DNA from: Aequorivita sp. UBA3180
GTDB lineage: Bacteria; Bacteroidota; Bacteroidia; Flavobacteriales; Flavobacteriaceae
Direction: 5' to 3'
Length of the DNA: 64,000 nucleotides
Assembly (NCBI GenBank): GCA_002364215.1
Contig: DEXQ01000018.1
Location: 183,287-247,286 of the forward strand
Shown here: piece by piece, positions 46,438 to 55,454 of the stretch
Numbering within the stretch: the first letter of the stretch is position 1
How the letters are laid out: each line of letters begins with the position of its first letter
Translations under genes and position numbers: made by a program
Notes under the pieces: generated by a model
Told to the model about the DNA's origin: nothing
Database searches by the model: none
Seen by the model: only the letters and a program-made list of their open reading frames with translations

Positions 46438-46671
46438 ATGGAACGCACTTTTAACATCACTTGGCTTGTTTTAATTGGCTTGACCCTCCTTTCCGCGGTG
46501 TTCGCCAATTTGGATTTTCCCTATGTTGCAATAATCATTTTAGGGCTTTCCTTTTTGAAATTTATAGGCGTGGCATTCTTTTTTATGGAACTTAAAAAGG
46601 CGAATGCTTTTTGGAAGGTACTGCTCGTGGCGTTTTTGACGCTATTGCTTGTTGTGGTTTGGGCGGTTTAA
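46438..46671 (+). CDS. Cytochrome c oxidase subunit IV-like protein (NorF-like)
   Basis: TWLVLIGLT, KF..VA.FFMELK.A; three TM helices; ATG at 46438. Confidence 0.75.
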   Translation: MERTFNITWLVLIGLTLLSAVFANLDFPYVAIIILGLSFLKFIGVAFFFMELKKANAFWKVLLVAFLTLLLVVVWAV

Positions 46672-46748
46672 ATAATCACGAAAAGTATTGCTTTTGAAGA
46701 ACGGAATTAGTGCTTTTCATAGGATGCGTTGTTGGTAACTGGCTATAT

Positions 46749-47351
46749 TCAGTCGTAAATTCTAATTATTTCGCCATTTCCTTTTCCGTTAACACTTCTA
46801 ACATATCCATTAATTACTTTCTTCATCGGTATAGGATTGTGTCCTGGAAAATAGTCTTTGTACTTTTCGTATGCATCTTCGACCATTCCAGAAGAAACGA
46901 CATTTACTCTAATTCCGTTTTCAATTTCAAGGGCAACTGCTTTTACAAAACTGTGTATTCCGCCATTAACCATAGCGGCACTTGTGGTCTTTACAACTGG
47001 GTCGTCTGCCAAAATTCCTGTTGACAAAGTAATCGAGCCATTCGAATTTAAATAATGCTGTCCTATACGTACAAGGTTGACTTGTCCCATTAATTTACTC
47101 TTTAATCCAATATAATAGTCATCCTCGGTAAGTTCATTAAAATCTGCCCATTTGGCTTCTCCAGCGATACAAATTATAGCGTCCACTTTACCAATCTTTT
47201 CAAACATTGATTTTATTGAGTTACTATCAACAATATCAACGGTCACGTCTCCATTGGTTCGTCCAGCTATTAAAATTTCGTTTTCTTCTTTAAAGTGTGA
47301 AACAACAGTTTTTCCTATTGTTCCGCTTCCTCCAATAATTAAAATTTTCAT
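46749..47351 (-). CDS. Short-chain dehydrogenase/reductase
   Basis: IIGGSGTIG, SK.MGQVNL, RVN.VS.G. Confidence 0.9.
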   Translation of the reverse strand: MKILIIGGSGTIGKTVVSHFKEENEILIAGRTNGDVTVDIVDSNSIKSMFEKIGKVDAIICIAGEAKWADFNELTEDDYYIGLKSKLMGQVNLVRIGQHYLNSNGSITLSTGILADDPVVKTTSAAMVNGGIHSFVKAVALEIENGIRVNVVSSGMVEDAYEKYKDYFPGHNPIPMKKVINGYVRSVNGKGNGEIIRIYD

Positions 47352-47361
47352 TATTCCTTTA

Positions 47362-47631
47362 TTAAGTTAAACATTGAGTTTTGGTGCAATTTTCTTTTTT
47401 ATTTCTTGATTTGTAAATGGTTAAAGTTGCAATCACGCTCCAAAGTAAATTGGTTACAAATGGTGGAATTGCATTGTAGTAATAACAGTTTATGGCTATT
47501 AAAAGTCCCCCAAGCAAATTCAAATATTTGCCAAAGCCCAAATATTTTTTGTTTTCAATTAGGGTTAGGGCATAGGCAAAGATTATGAATCCTGAACCTG
47601 ACCAACCTAAAATATCAATGAATAATTTCAT
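47362..47631 (-). CDS. Small membrane protein (CBU_0592-like)
   Basis: DILGW.GS..II.AY, LNLLGG.L.AIN, P..TN..W..IA. Confidence 0.7.
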   Translation of the reverse strand: MKLFIDILGWSGSGFIIFAYALTLIENKKYLGFGKYLNLLGGLLIAINCYYYNAIPPFVTNLLWSVIATLTIYKSRNKKENCTKTQCLT

Positions 47632-47675
47632 AGTTTGTTATATTGCGAAATGTAGATATGTATTAGTAAATTTTT

Positions 47676-47978
47676 TTACATCAGAAAGTTCATAAACTGT
47701 TTAATTGTTTTTTCGTTCCTTTTCAGATATGACCATTTCCCGTGTCTTGTCGATATTAAAAGGCCACACTTTTCCATATTGGTTAGATAGGTTGAAATAG
47801 TGGATTGGGAGAGTCCAGCTTTTTCTTGAATATAGGTAACACAAACACCATCATTAAAATGTTTTAGTGTTTCGTGGGGTGGAAAGTGTTTTTCTGGTTG
47901 CTTCAGCCATTCCAATATTTGGAACCTGGTTTGGTTAGATAAACATTTACCGATTTCTGTCGCTGTTTTCAAATCCAT
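47676..47978 (-). CDS. ArsR/SmtB family regulator
   Basis: K.LSN.TR.QIL.WL, CV..I..K.GLSQSTIS.YL, GKW.Y. Confidence 0.9.
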   Translation of the reverse strand: MDLKTATEIGKCLSNQTRFQILEWLKQPEKHFPPHETLKHFNDGVCVTYIQEKAGLSQSTISTYLTNMEKCGLLISTRHGKWSYLKRNEKTIKQFMNFLM

Positions 47979-48191
47979 AGCGCAAACATATCTATAATTC
48001 CCGATATATGAAAATGAATTCTTATTTTTTTGAAGTTATATATTTTTTCAGATTGTTGCCAACTATTGTATATATGCAATTTACCAAAAAAAATGCGTAT
48101 ATACATCGTAATCAGTACGGTAAACATCAAGTTTTAGTGCAAGTGCGTATATACGTACTTTTAAGATTATAAAGTTTTTATAAATAAAACT

Positions 48192-50246
48192 TTACCCAAC
48201 CCGCACCCGAGCATCAACGGCAACTATATTTTTCTGGGTGCCAATCAACGGATTGATGTCCATTTCGGTAATTTCCGGGGCGGCCTCCACCAAAGCCGAA
48301 AGCCGTTGGATGATTTCCACAAACTGGTTTTCGTCAACGCCCTCTCGGCCCCGCGCACCTTGAATGAGTTTATACCCGCGAAGCGATTGTACCATTTGCT
48401 GCGCTTCGTTATTTGAAATAGGGCTTAAACCCGCCGAAATATCGTTCAGCACTTCTATAAAAATCCCACCCAAACCGCATAGAATGGTGTGGTTGAAACC
48501 GGGCTCCTTCATTACGCCCACAAACAGTTCCAGTCCCGCCAGTTGCGGCTGCACCATTACGGCAGTGGCCGAATCTATTTTCATCAGTAAATCGAAAGTT
48601 TCGGCGGCTTCAGTTTCGTTGGCTATATTTAAAACCACGCCTTGCGCATCACTTTTATGGAGCGGGCCAACCACTTTCATCACTACGGGAAAGTCTGTTG
48701 CTTCCATAGCTGCAAGCAATTTTTCTTTTGAATTTTCTACAATTTCATGAACCCGCGGAATGCCAGCCGAATCCAATAAAGCTACAGATTGTTTGGGAGA
48801 TAGATATCCGTCAGTCGCGGCATCAATGATTTTTCTAATGCCTATAACATCAATTTTTGGCAGTGATATTTTTTGAGATTGCGGGTCGGGCGTATTATAA
48901 ACTTGTGAAAGCGCCTTTCCCAAAACCACTTCATCGGGAAAATGAATGTGCCCCTTCTTTAGAAATGATTGAATTTCGCGCTGTGCATTTACAACGGAAG
49001 GCAAAACGGGAAAAATTGGTTTGTTGCAGATTTCGAGTTTTACGCTTAAAACGTTGTACACATTTTCAACATCAAAAAGGCCCGCACTTCCAAAAACTAC
49101 GACCATAGCATCTATAGAATCAAATTTATGCTCGCAATAATCTATAATGATGCCCAACTGCTCGGCGGTACCGGTTGCCAAAAAGTCTATGGGATTTGCA
49201 ATTGAAGAACCGGGATAAAGAAACGATTTTAATTTTTCTGCGTCGGGTCCTGAAATTTCGGGAACTTTTAATCCACCTTTTGAAAGCTGGTCTGCCAACA
49301 TTACCGCCGAACCACCTGCATGGGTGATAATGGCAATATTCTTCCCCTTTAATTTTTTATAGTTGAAAATAGCCGCCACGCTCAACAATTGTTCTCTACT
49401 GCTGCAATACACAATTCCAGCTTTGTTGAACAGGGCGCGCACCGTCATATCGCTACTGGCAATGGCGCCCGTGTGCGAAGTGGCGGCACGGCTGCCCTCG
49501 GCGGTGCTTCCTGCTTTTATGGCCGCTATTTTCGCGCCTTTTTTTATGAGGGAAGACGCGTGTTTCAGCAATTTTTGCGGATTGGAAATGGTTTCCAAAT
49601 AAAGCAATTTTATAAGCGGATCTTTTTCAGCATCAAAATGATCGTCCATATATTCCAAAATATCCTCAACGCTGGTCTGTGCGGCATTCCCGACGGAAAA
49701 AACGTTGGCAAAAGTAACGCCTAGCGACATTCCCGCCTCCATAATAAAAACCGCCGTTGCGCCCGAACCCGAAATAAGGTCGCAGCCTTTTGGATTGAAA
49801 GGCGGCACCGGGGCGGTAAAAACACCCTTATAATTTTTGGTTATAACCCCAATGCAGTTTGGACCAATTAGGCAACCATTAACCGAATCGACCGTCGAAA
49901 CTATCTGCTGTTCCCATTTTTTTCCCTGTTCACCAGCTTCGCCAAAACCTGCGGAAATTATTATAAAAGCTTTCGTATTCTTTTCTTCAGCTAAAATATT
50001 TACAGTTTCGGGACAGTATTTTGCGGGAATGGCAAGAATGGCAAGGTCGGTTTGGGGAATTTCATTTACTTCAGCATAACTTTTTATGCCCTGAACCTTT
50101 TCCTCCTTGGGGTTAACAACATACAATTCTCCACCGAAATTCCCTGAAATTATATTTTTCAGCATATTGCCGCCAGGTTTTGTGGAGTCGTTGGAAGCGC
50201 CGATTATAGCGATGCTTTTTGGGTTAAGAAGTTGTTTGTTAACCAT
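48192..50246 (-). CDS. ADP-forming acetate/acyl-CoA ligase (single chain, CoA-binding + ATP-grasp)
   Basis: PKSIAIIGAS, IGPNCIG, SHTGAIAS, NPIDF, PVVMKV....HKSD..GV, EMDINP. Confidence 0.9.
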   Translation of the reverse strand: MVNKQLLNPKSIAIIGASNDSTKPGGNMLKNIISGNFGGELYVVNPKEEKVQGIKSYAEVNEIPQTDLAILAIPAKYCPETVNILAEEKNTKAFIIISAGFGEAGEQGKKWEQQIVSTVDSVNGCLIGPNCIGVITKNYKGVFTAPVPPFNPKGCDLISGSGATAVFIMEAGMSLGVTFANVFSVGNAAQTSVEDILEYMDDHFDAEKDPLIKLLYLETISNPQKLLKHASSLIKKGAKIAAIKAGSTAEGSRAATSHTGAIASSDMTVRALFNKAGIVYCSSREQLLSVAAIFNYKKLKGKNIAIITHAGGSAVMLADQLSKGGLKVPEISGPDAEKLKSFLYPGSSIANPIDFLATGTAEQLGIIIDYCEHKFDSIDAMVVVFGSAGLFDVENVYNVLSVKLEICNKPIFPVLPSVVNAQREIQSFLKKGHIHFPDEVVLGKALSQVYNTPDPQSQKISLPKIDVIGIRKIIDAATDGYLSPKQSVALLDSAGIPRVHEIVENSKEKLLAAMEATDFPVVMKVVGPLHKSDAQGVVLNIANETEAAETFDLLMKIDSATAVMVQPQLAGLELFVGVMKEPGFNHTILCGLGGIFIEVLNDISAGLSPISNNEAQQMVQSLRGYKLIQGARGREGVDENQFVEIIQRLSALVEAAPEITEMDINPLIGTQKNIVAVDARVRVG

Positions 50247-50334
50247 TTTGTATAAAGATGATTTTAAAATAAAAATATTAGGAAAAACATTGGTTCGCCA
50301 AAAGCGAAATTAAAAGATGTTTTAGTCCTAAAAA

Positions 50335-50348
50335 CTGATATTTATCAT
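50335..50348 (+). promoter_or_regulatory. FNR-like box, possibly bidirectional
   Basis: CTGAT-ATTT-ATCAT; TATTTTTA at 50371 (+, 22-bp gap) and TAATTTCG at 50305-50312 (-, 22-bp gap). Confidence 0.78.
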
Positions 50349-50400
50349 ATTTCAGGCAAGAGTGATAGGGTATTTTTACGACCAAATAATTCAATTTGAA

Positions 50401-50832
50401 ATGGTCTCCAATCCAAGGCCTTATATTTTTATTATGGCGGTTCTGCTCGCCCTCTTCGGTTTTTATAATTATATAATCTATAATACCGATGGGTACGTGG
50501 CCGTGGAAAAATTATCCCCTGTGGCAGTACAAGGCCAGCAACTGTTCCAAAGCAACCGTTGTTGGTCCTGTCATCAATTGTACGGTTTGGGTGGCTATTT
50601 GGGTCCGGATTTAACAAACGTATATTCCGCCGAAGGCAAAGGTGCAAATTATATAAAAGCGTTTTTGAACAGTGGTGTGAAAAGTATGCCACAATTCCAC
50701 TTTACGGAAGAGGAGAAAGAGGCGCTGGTGCAATACTTAAAACAAGTAGATGAAACGGGAATTTACCCAAATTACGATGCCGAAATTGAAGCAACGGGCT
50801 GGGTGAAAATAAAATATAGAAATGAAGAATAA
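50401..50832 (+). CDS. NorC-like membrane-anchored monoheme cytochrome c (second copy)
   Basis: N-terminal TM, GQQLFQSNRCWSCHQLYGLGGYLGPDLT, SMPQF. Confidence 0.85.
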   Translation: MVSNPRPYIFIMAVLLALFGFYNYIIYNTDGYVAVEKLSPVAVQGQQLFQSNRCWSCHQLYGLGGYLGPDLTNVYSAEGKGANYIKAFLNSGVKSMPQFHFTEEEKEALVQYLKQVDETGIYPNYDAEIEATGWVKIKYRNEE

Positions 50833-52147
50833 AGTGCCGCTCCTGTTTTTGTTGTTTGCGCTCACCGCCCTCTTTTTGGGAATGCTCTTTGGGCTTACAG
50901 CTTCACTTCAGTATTTGTTGCCAGAATTTTTAAAGGAAACGGTGCCCTTTTCCAAACTTCGACCATTTCACGTAACTTCTGAAACTTCTTGGATTGTGCT
51001 TGCAGCCACGGGCAGTATTTATTTTTTTATCGCTTCGGTTGAGAAGTTTGAGCTCTTTTCACCAAAATTCCAGTTGCTTCATTTCATACTTTTCCTGTTG
51101 ACGGGCGTTGCCATTTATTTTTCTTTCGCTTTCGATTATACCGAGGGCCGCGAATATTTCGCATTTAAACCTATTTTAATGATTCCAATTTTGATAGGTT
51201 GGGTACTTTTCGCAATCAACTATTTTAAAACGCTCTACACCAATATGAAGGGCTGGCCTGTCTATTACTGGATGTGGGGCACGGGCATCGTCTTTATGTG
51301 CTATCATTTAATGGAGGCACATTTTTGGCTGTTCGATTTTTTTAGGTTGAATTTTATAAAAGATTTTGCCGTCCAGTGGAAATCGACCGGTTCGTTTACG
51401 GGCTCGTGGAATATGCTGGTTTACGGTATTTCAATTTATCTGATGTCCGAAATCAAAAAGGATACCGATGTGGCCACCAATAAAATTGCGTTTTTCTTTT
51501 ACTTTTTGGGGTTGACGAATTTAATGTTCGGCTGGGCGCACCATACCTATTTATTGCCAACCCAACCGTGGATTCGGTATGTGGCTTACGCAATAAGTAT
51601 GACGGAGTGGATTGTGCTTGCATCGATAATTTACAATTGGAAACGTTCGGTTTTAAAGATTGAAAAGGAAAATCACCCCATGGCATACAGGTTTTTGTTG
51701 GCAACCGATTTTTGGATTTTTATCAACATTATTTTGGCGCTATTATTCTCCATTCCCGCCATTAATTTCTTTACCCACGGCACGCACGTTACCGTGGCAC
51801 ATTCCATGGGCACTACCATTGGCATTAATACAACGATACTTTTTTCGGCCTTGTTTTTTATTGCGCATTATGTGCGGCCACAGCTAAAAACCGATACCAA
51901 ATGGGTTAAGCGTGGGTTTGTTGCTTTCAATATCTCGCTGTTTATCTTTTTCGTTTCATTGATAATTGCCGGTGCTAAACGCAGCTACTGGATGTACGTT
52001 TCAAAGGAAGGATCGTTTGCGGAAATGCAGGATTCAATCGTGCCGTACTATATTTCGTTTTTCATCTTTGGAATTGGGATATTTATTTCGCTTTTAATAG
52101 TAGCGACGCCTATTTTCAAAGTTTTGCTTCACAAAATAAAATCATAA
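50822..52147 (+). CDS. Divergent NorB-like heme-copper oxidase superfamily subunit I with substituted metal ligands
   Basis: LRPFHV, GWAHHTY, GTHVTVAHSMG align with NorB helices II, VII and X. Helix VI lacks the His and Glu. Confidence 0.75.
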   Translation: MKNKVPLLFLLFALTALFLGMLFGLTASLQYLLPEFLKETVPFSKLRPFHVTSETSWIVLAATGSIYFFIASVEKFELFSPKFQLLHFILFLLTGVAIYFSFAFDYTEGREYFAFKPILMIPILIGWVLFAINYFKTLYTNMKGWPVYYWMWGTGIVFMCYHLMEAHFWLFDFFRLNFIKDFAVQWKSTGSFTGSWNMLVYGISIYLMSEIKKDTDVATNKIAFFFYFLGLTNLMFGWAHHTYLLPTQPWIRYVAYAISMTEWIVLASIIYNWKRSVLKIEKENHPMAYRFLLATDFWIFINIILALLFSIPAINFFTHGTHVTVAHSMGTTIGINTTILFSALFFIAHYVRPQLKTDTKWVKRGFVAFNISLFIFFVSLIIAGAKRSYWMYVSKEGSFAEMQDSIVPYYISFFIFGIGIFISLLIVATPIFKVLLHKIKS

Positions 52148-52153
52148 GTACCG

Positions 52154-53080
52154 ATGGATTTACATCAAAAAATAAAAGAGCTTAAAACGCAAAAAAATGC
52201 TGTAATTCTCGCACACTATTACCAAGTGCCCGAAATTCAGGAAGTGGCAGATTATGTGGGCGATAGCTTGGGGCTTTCGCAAAAAGCAGCAGAAACCGAT
52301 GCCGAAATGATCGTCTTTGCTGGCGTGCATTTTATGGCGGAAACGGCCAAAATTTTGAACCCCGCTAAAAAAGTTTTGCTTCCCGATTTAATGGCGGGCT
52401 GTTCGCTGGCAGATTCGTGTCCGCCCATTGCTTTTAAAAAATTGGTGGACGCCCATCCGGACCACGTGGTAATAACGTATGTGAATTGTTCTGCAGAAGT
52501 AAAGGCCTTGAGTGATATTATTTGCACCTCTTCCAACGCCGAAAAAATAGTGAATTCGGTGCCAAAGGACGTACCGATTATTTTTGCGCCCGATAAAAAT
52601 TTGGGGAAATATATTCAGAAGAAAACTGGGCGGAACATGCTGCTTTGGGATGGAGCTTGCATTGTGCACGAAGCCTTTTCGATGGATAAACTGCTGAAAT
52701 TATACAAAGAAAATCCGGGTTCAAAAATAATTGCCCACCCCGAAAGCGAGAGCCATATTTTGGAAACTGCAACCTATATCGGTTCCACGGCGGGAATGAT
52801 TGATTATGTGAAAAAGCATCCTTCGGAAAAATTTATTGTTGCCACTGAAGCTGGAATTCTTCATAAAATGCAGCAGGAAGTACCGCAAGCGGTACTGATT
52901 CCAGCCCCTGCGGAAGAAGACAACACCTGCGCATGCAGCGAATGTGCGTTTATGAAAATGAACACTTTGCAAAAATTATACTACTGTCTGCTGAATGAAA
53001 ATCCACAAATAGAAGTTACCGAAGAAATACGTAAAAAAGCAATTCTGCCCATTGAGCGAATGCTGGAATTATCGAAGTAG
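52154..53080 (+). CDS. nadA: Quinolinate synthase
   Basis: [38 protein letters not shown]. Confidence 0.96.
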   Translation: MDLHQKIKELKTQKNAVILAHYYQVPEIQEVADYVGDSLGLSQKAAETDAEMIVFAGVHFMAETAKILNPAKKVLLPDLMAGCSLADSCPPIAFKKLVDAHPDHVVITYVNCSAEVKALSDIICTSSNAEKIVNSVPKDVPIIFAPDKNLGKYIQKKTGRNMLLWDGACIVHEAFSMDKLLKLYKENPGSKIIAHPESESHILETATYIGSTAGMIDYVKKHPSEKFIVATEAGILHKMQQEVPQAVLIPAPAEEDNTCACSECAFMKMNTLQKLYYCLLNENPQIEVTEEIRKKAILPIERMLELSK

Positions 53081-53082
53081 TG

Positions 53083-54651
53083 ATGGAAACCAATTTTTTG
53101 ATTATCGGTTCGGGCGCTGCGGGTTTGACGCTTGCAGTGAAACTTGCTGCGGAATTTCCAAAGAAAAAAATCACGGTGGTGACCAAGGCGCACCAGTCGG
53201 AATCGAACACCAAATATGCGCAGGGCGGCGTGGCGGCGGTTTTTGATTTAAAGGAAGATTCCTTTCAAAAACACATTGAGGATACGCTGATTGCGGGTGA
53301 CGGACTATGCGACAGAGCGGTTGTGGAAATGGTCATAAAAGAAGGCCCAAAAAGATTGCGCGAACTGATGGCATGGGGCGCCAAATTTGATACCGATGCC
53401 AATGGCGAACTCAATTTAGGTAGGGAAGGAGGCCATTCAGAATTTAGGGTAATCCATCATAAAGACACAACGGGCAACGAGATTGAGCGTGCGCTTTTGG
53501 AACGTACCAATCAACTTTCGAATCTTATGTTGCTGCCGCATCATTTCGCAATAGACTTGATTACGGAGCATCATTTTTCAGAAAATAAAACTGAAAATCT
53601 TTCGTGTTACGGGGCTTATGTTTTGGACCAAATTTCGGGGAATATTTTTACCATAAAAGCAGACTGCACCACACTCGCTTCGGGCGGAATGGGGCAGGTT
53701 TACGGCCATACCACCAATCCCAAAGTAGCAACGGGCGATGGTATTGCCATGGCATATCGGGCAAAGGCGAGGATCAAAAACATGGAGTTTATCCAGTTTC
53801 ATCCCACCGCGCTTTACGACGGGAATAATGGCGCTTCGTTTTTAATTTCTGAGGCAGTTCGTGGTTTTGGAGCGTTTCTTCGGAATAAAAATGGCGAACG
53901 GTTTATGTTGAATTATGATGAACGGGGCGAATTGGCTTCCCGTGATATTGTTTCGCGTGCCATAGATTCTGAAATAAAAAAATCGGGCGATGACTGTGTT
54001 TTCTTAGATTGTACACATTTGAATATCGAAGATTTCAAAAAACATTTTCCAAACATATATGAAACTTGTTTGCAGAAGAATATAAAAATTGCGAAAGATT
54101 GGATTCCCGTGGTTCCCGCATCGCATTATTTGTGCGGCGGGGTGGTTGTGGATATGGATGGAAAGACTTCGGTGAAAAATCTTTTTGCCTGTGGCGAATG
54201 TTCGTACACCGGTTTGCACGGCGCCAACCGGCTGGCATCCAATTCGTTGTTGGAAGCTTTGGTCTATGCAGACCGTATTTTTAAATATCTCTGTAAACAT
54301 CAGCCCTCACAGACGACCAAAGCCATTCCGGAATGGAATGATGCTGGGACGGTTTTATTGAAGGATTCTGAAACACTTCAGCAAAAAACCTTAGAATTAC
54401 AAGAATTAATGCGAAGATTTGCCGGGGTGGTGCGAGAAAGTGAAGATTTAAGAAAGGCATCCCTTCAACTTGAAAAATTGTATTTTGAAACGGAAGCGCT
54501 TTATCAGAAACACAAACTAAACACGGTACTTTCAGAGCTTCGGAATATGGTAAATGTGGCGCATTTGATCATCCAGCAATCCCTGAAACGAAAGGAAAAC
54601 CGTGGTGGATATTTTAATGAAGATTATATAAAAGTAAAAGAAATAAGATGA
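53083..54651 (+). CDS. nadB: L-aspartate oxidase
   Basis: IIGSGAAG, NT.YAQGG, REGGHS..R..H, EFIQFHPT, SEAVRG, SHYLCGG, HGANRLASNSLLE. Confidence 0.96.
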   Translation: METNFLIIGSGAAGLTLAVKLAAEFPKKKITVVTKAHQSESNTKYAQGGVAAVFDLKEDSFQKHIEDTLIAGDGLCDRAVVEMVIKEGPKRLRELMAWGAKFDTDANGELNLGREGGHSEFRVIHHKDTTGNEIERALLERTNQLSNLMLLPHHFAIDLITEHHFSENKTENLSCYGAYVLDQISGNIFTIKADCTTLASGGMGQVYGHTTNPKVATGDGIAMAYRAKARIKNMEFIQFHPTALYDGNNGASFLISEAVRGFGAFLRNKNGERFMLNYDERGELASRDIVSRAIDSEIKKSGDDCVFLDCTHLNIEDFKKHFPNIYETCLQKNIKIAKDWIPVVPASHYLCGGVVVDMDGKTSVKNLFACGECSYTGLHGANRLASNSLLEALVYADRIFKYLCKHQPSQTTKAIPEWNDAGTVLLKDSETLQQKTLELQELMRRFAGVVRESEDLRKASLQLEKLYFETEALYQKHKLNTVLSELRNMVNVAHLIIQQSLKRKENRGGYFNEDYIKVKEIR

Positions 54652-55244
54652 AAAATTTGATAGAAAGCTCGGTAAACAAAGCAATGGATTATACACAATA
54701 CAACTTGCTTTTTAAAAAACTGGTGGCGGAAGGCCGAACTACTGGCGAAGAAACCCAAGAAAAAATTGATTATACAAAACTGAATTTTAGTCGAACAAAG
54801 CGTTTGGACAAAACCGCTGAAATTTCTGAAGAAGCAATTGAGGTTTTCAAGAATATTTCAGAAAAACAAACTTGGCTCGTAATCAGCGAACCATGGTGTG
54901 GTGATGCCGCGCAAACGCTTCCGTTTTTGAATAAAATTGCACAACTTTTAGAAATCATCGATTTGAAGATTGTGCTTCGCGATGAAAATCCGGAGTTGAT
55001 GGATAAATTTCTTACCAATGGCTCCCAATCCATACCTGTGGTTATTATGCTCGATTCGGACTTCAACGTAATAAATACTTTTGGTCCGCGCTCTAAGGCC
55101 GCGACAAAATTGGTTATCGATTACAAGGAACATCACGGAAAAATAGACGACGCCTTTAAGGAAATGCTACAGCTTTGGTATAATAATGATAAGGGAATTT
55201 CAATAATTAATGATATTTTGGAAACCCTGAGTGTAAAAGCGTAA
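54648..55244 (+). CDS. Thioredoxin-fold protein (single-Cys WCGD type)
   Basis: ISEPWCGDAAQ, RDEN.ELMD.FLTNG..SIP, FGPR. Confidence 0.85.
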   Translation: MKNLIESSVNKAMDYTQYNLLFKKLVAEGRTTGEETQEKIDYTKLNFSRTKRLDKTAEISEEAIEVFKNISEKQTWLVISEPWCGDAAQTLPFLNKIAQLLEIIDLKIVLRDENPELMDKFLTNGSQSIPVVIMLDSDFNVINTFGPRSKAATKLVIDYKEHHGKIDDAFKEMLQLWYNNDKGISIINDILETLSVKA

Positions 55245-55395
55245 AAGGAATCAAGACGACGATTTGACCCACGACCGCTTCGCTACAAGACCCACGACAA
55301 AAAGAATAATTACTATTACTCGGGTTTCTAACCGTTGTGCTTCCAATAGTCGTAATTTCAACCGTCGTGGCTCAAAAGTTCAATTTCCAAAAAAT

Positions 55396-55409
55396 CTGAC
55401 CAAAGTCAT
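55396..55409 (+). promoter_or_regulatory. FNR-like box upstream of CoA transferase
   Basis: CTGAC-CAAA-GTCAT; AACCTTTG at 55432 (22-bp gap). Confidence 0.72.
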
Positions 55410-55454
55410 TTCAGGAACAGTTTAGATTCCCAACCTTTGACAAAAATTAAAATT

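Noticed and set aside
50822-52147. norB pseudogene, or a canonical ccoN/norB annotation
   Set aside because: The ORF is intact at full length with a coupled partner and promoter box, so it is not called a pseudogene. Key ligands differ, so no gene symbol is assigned.
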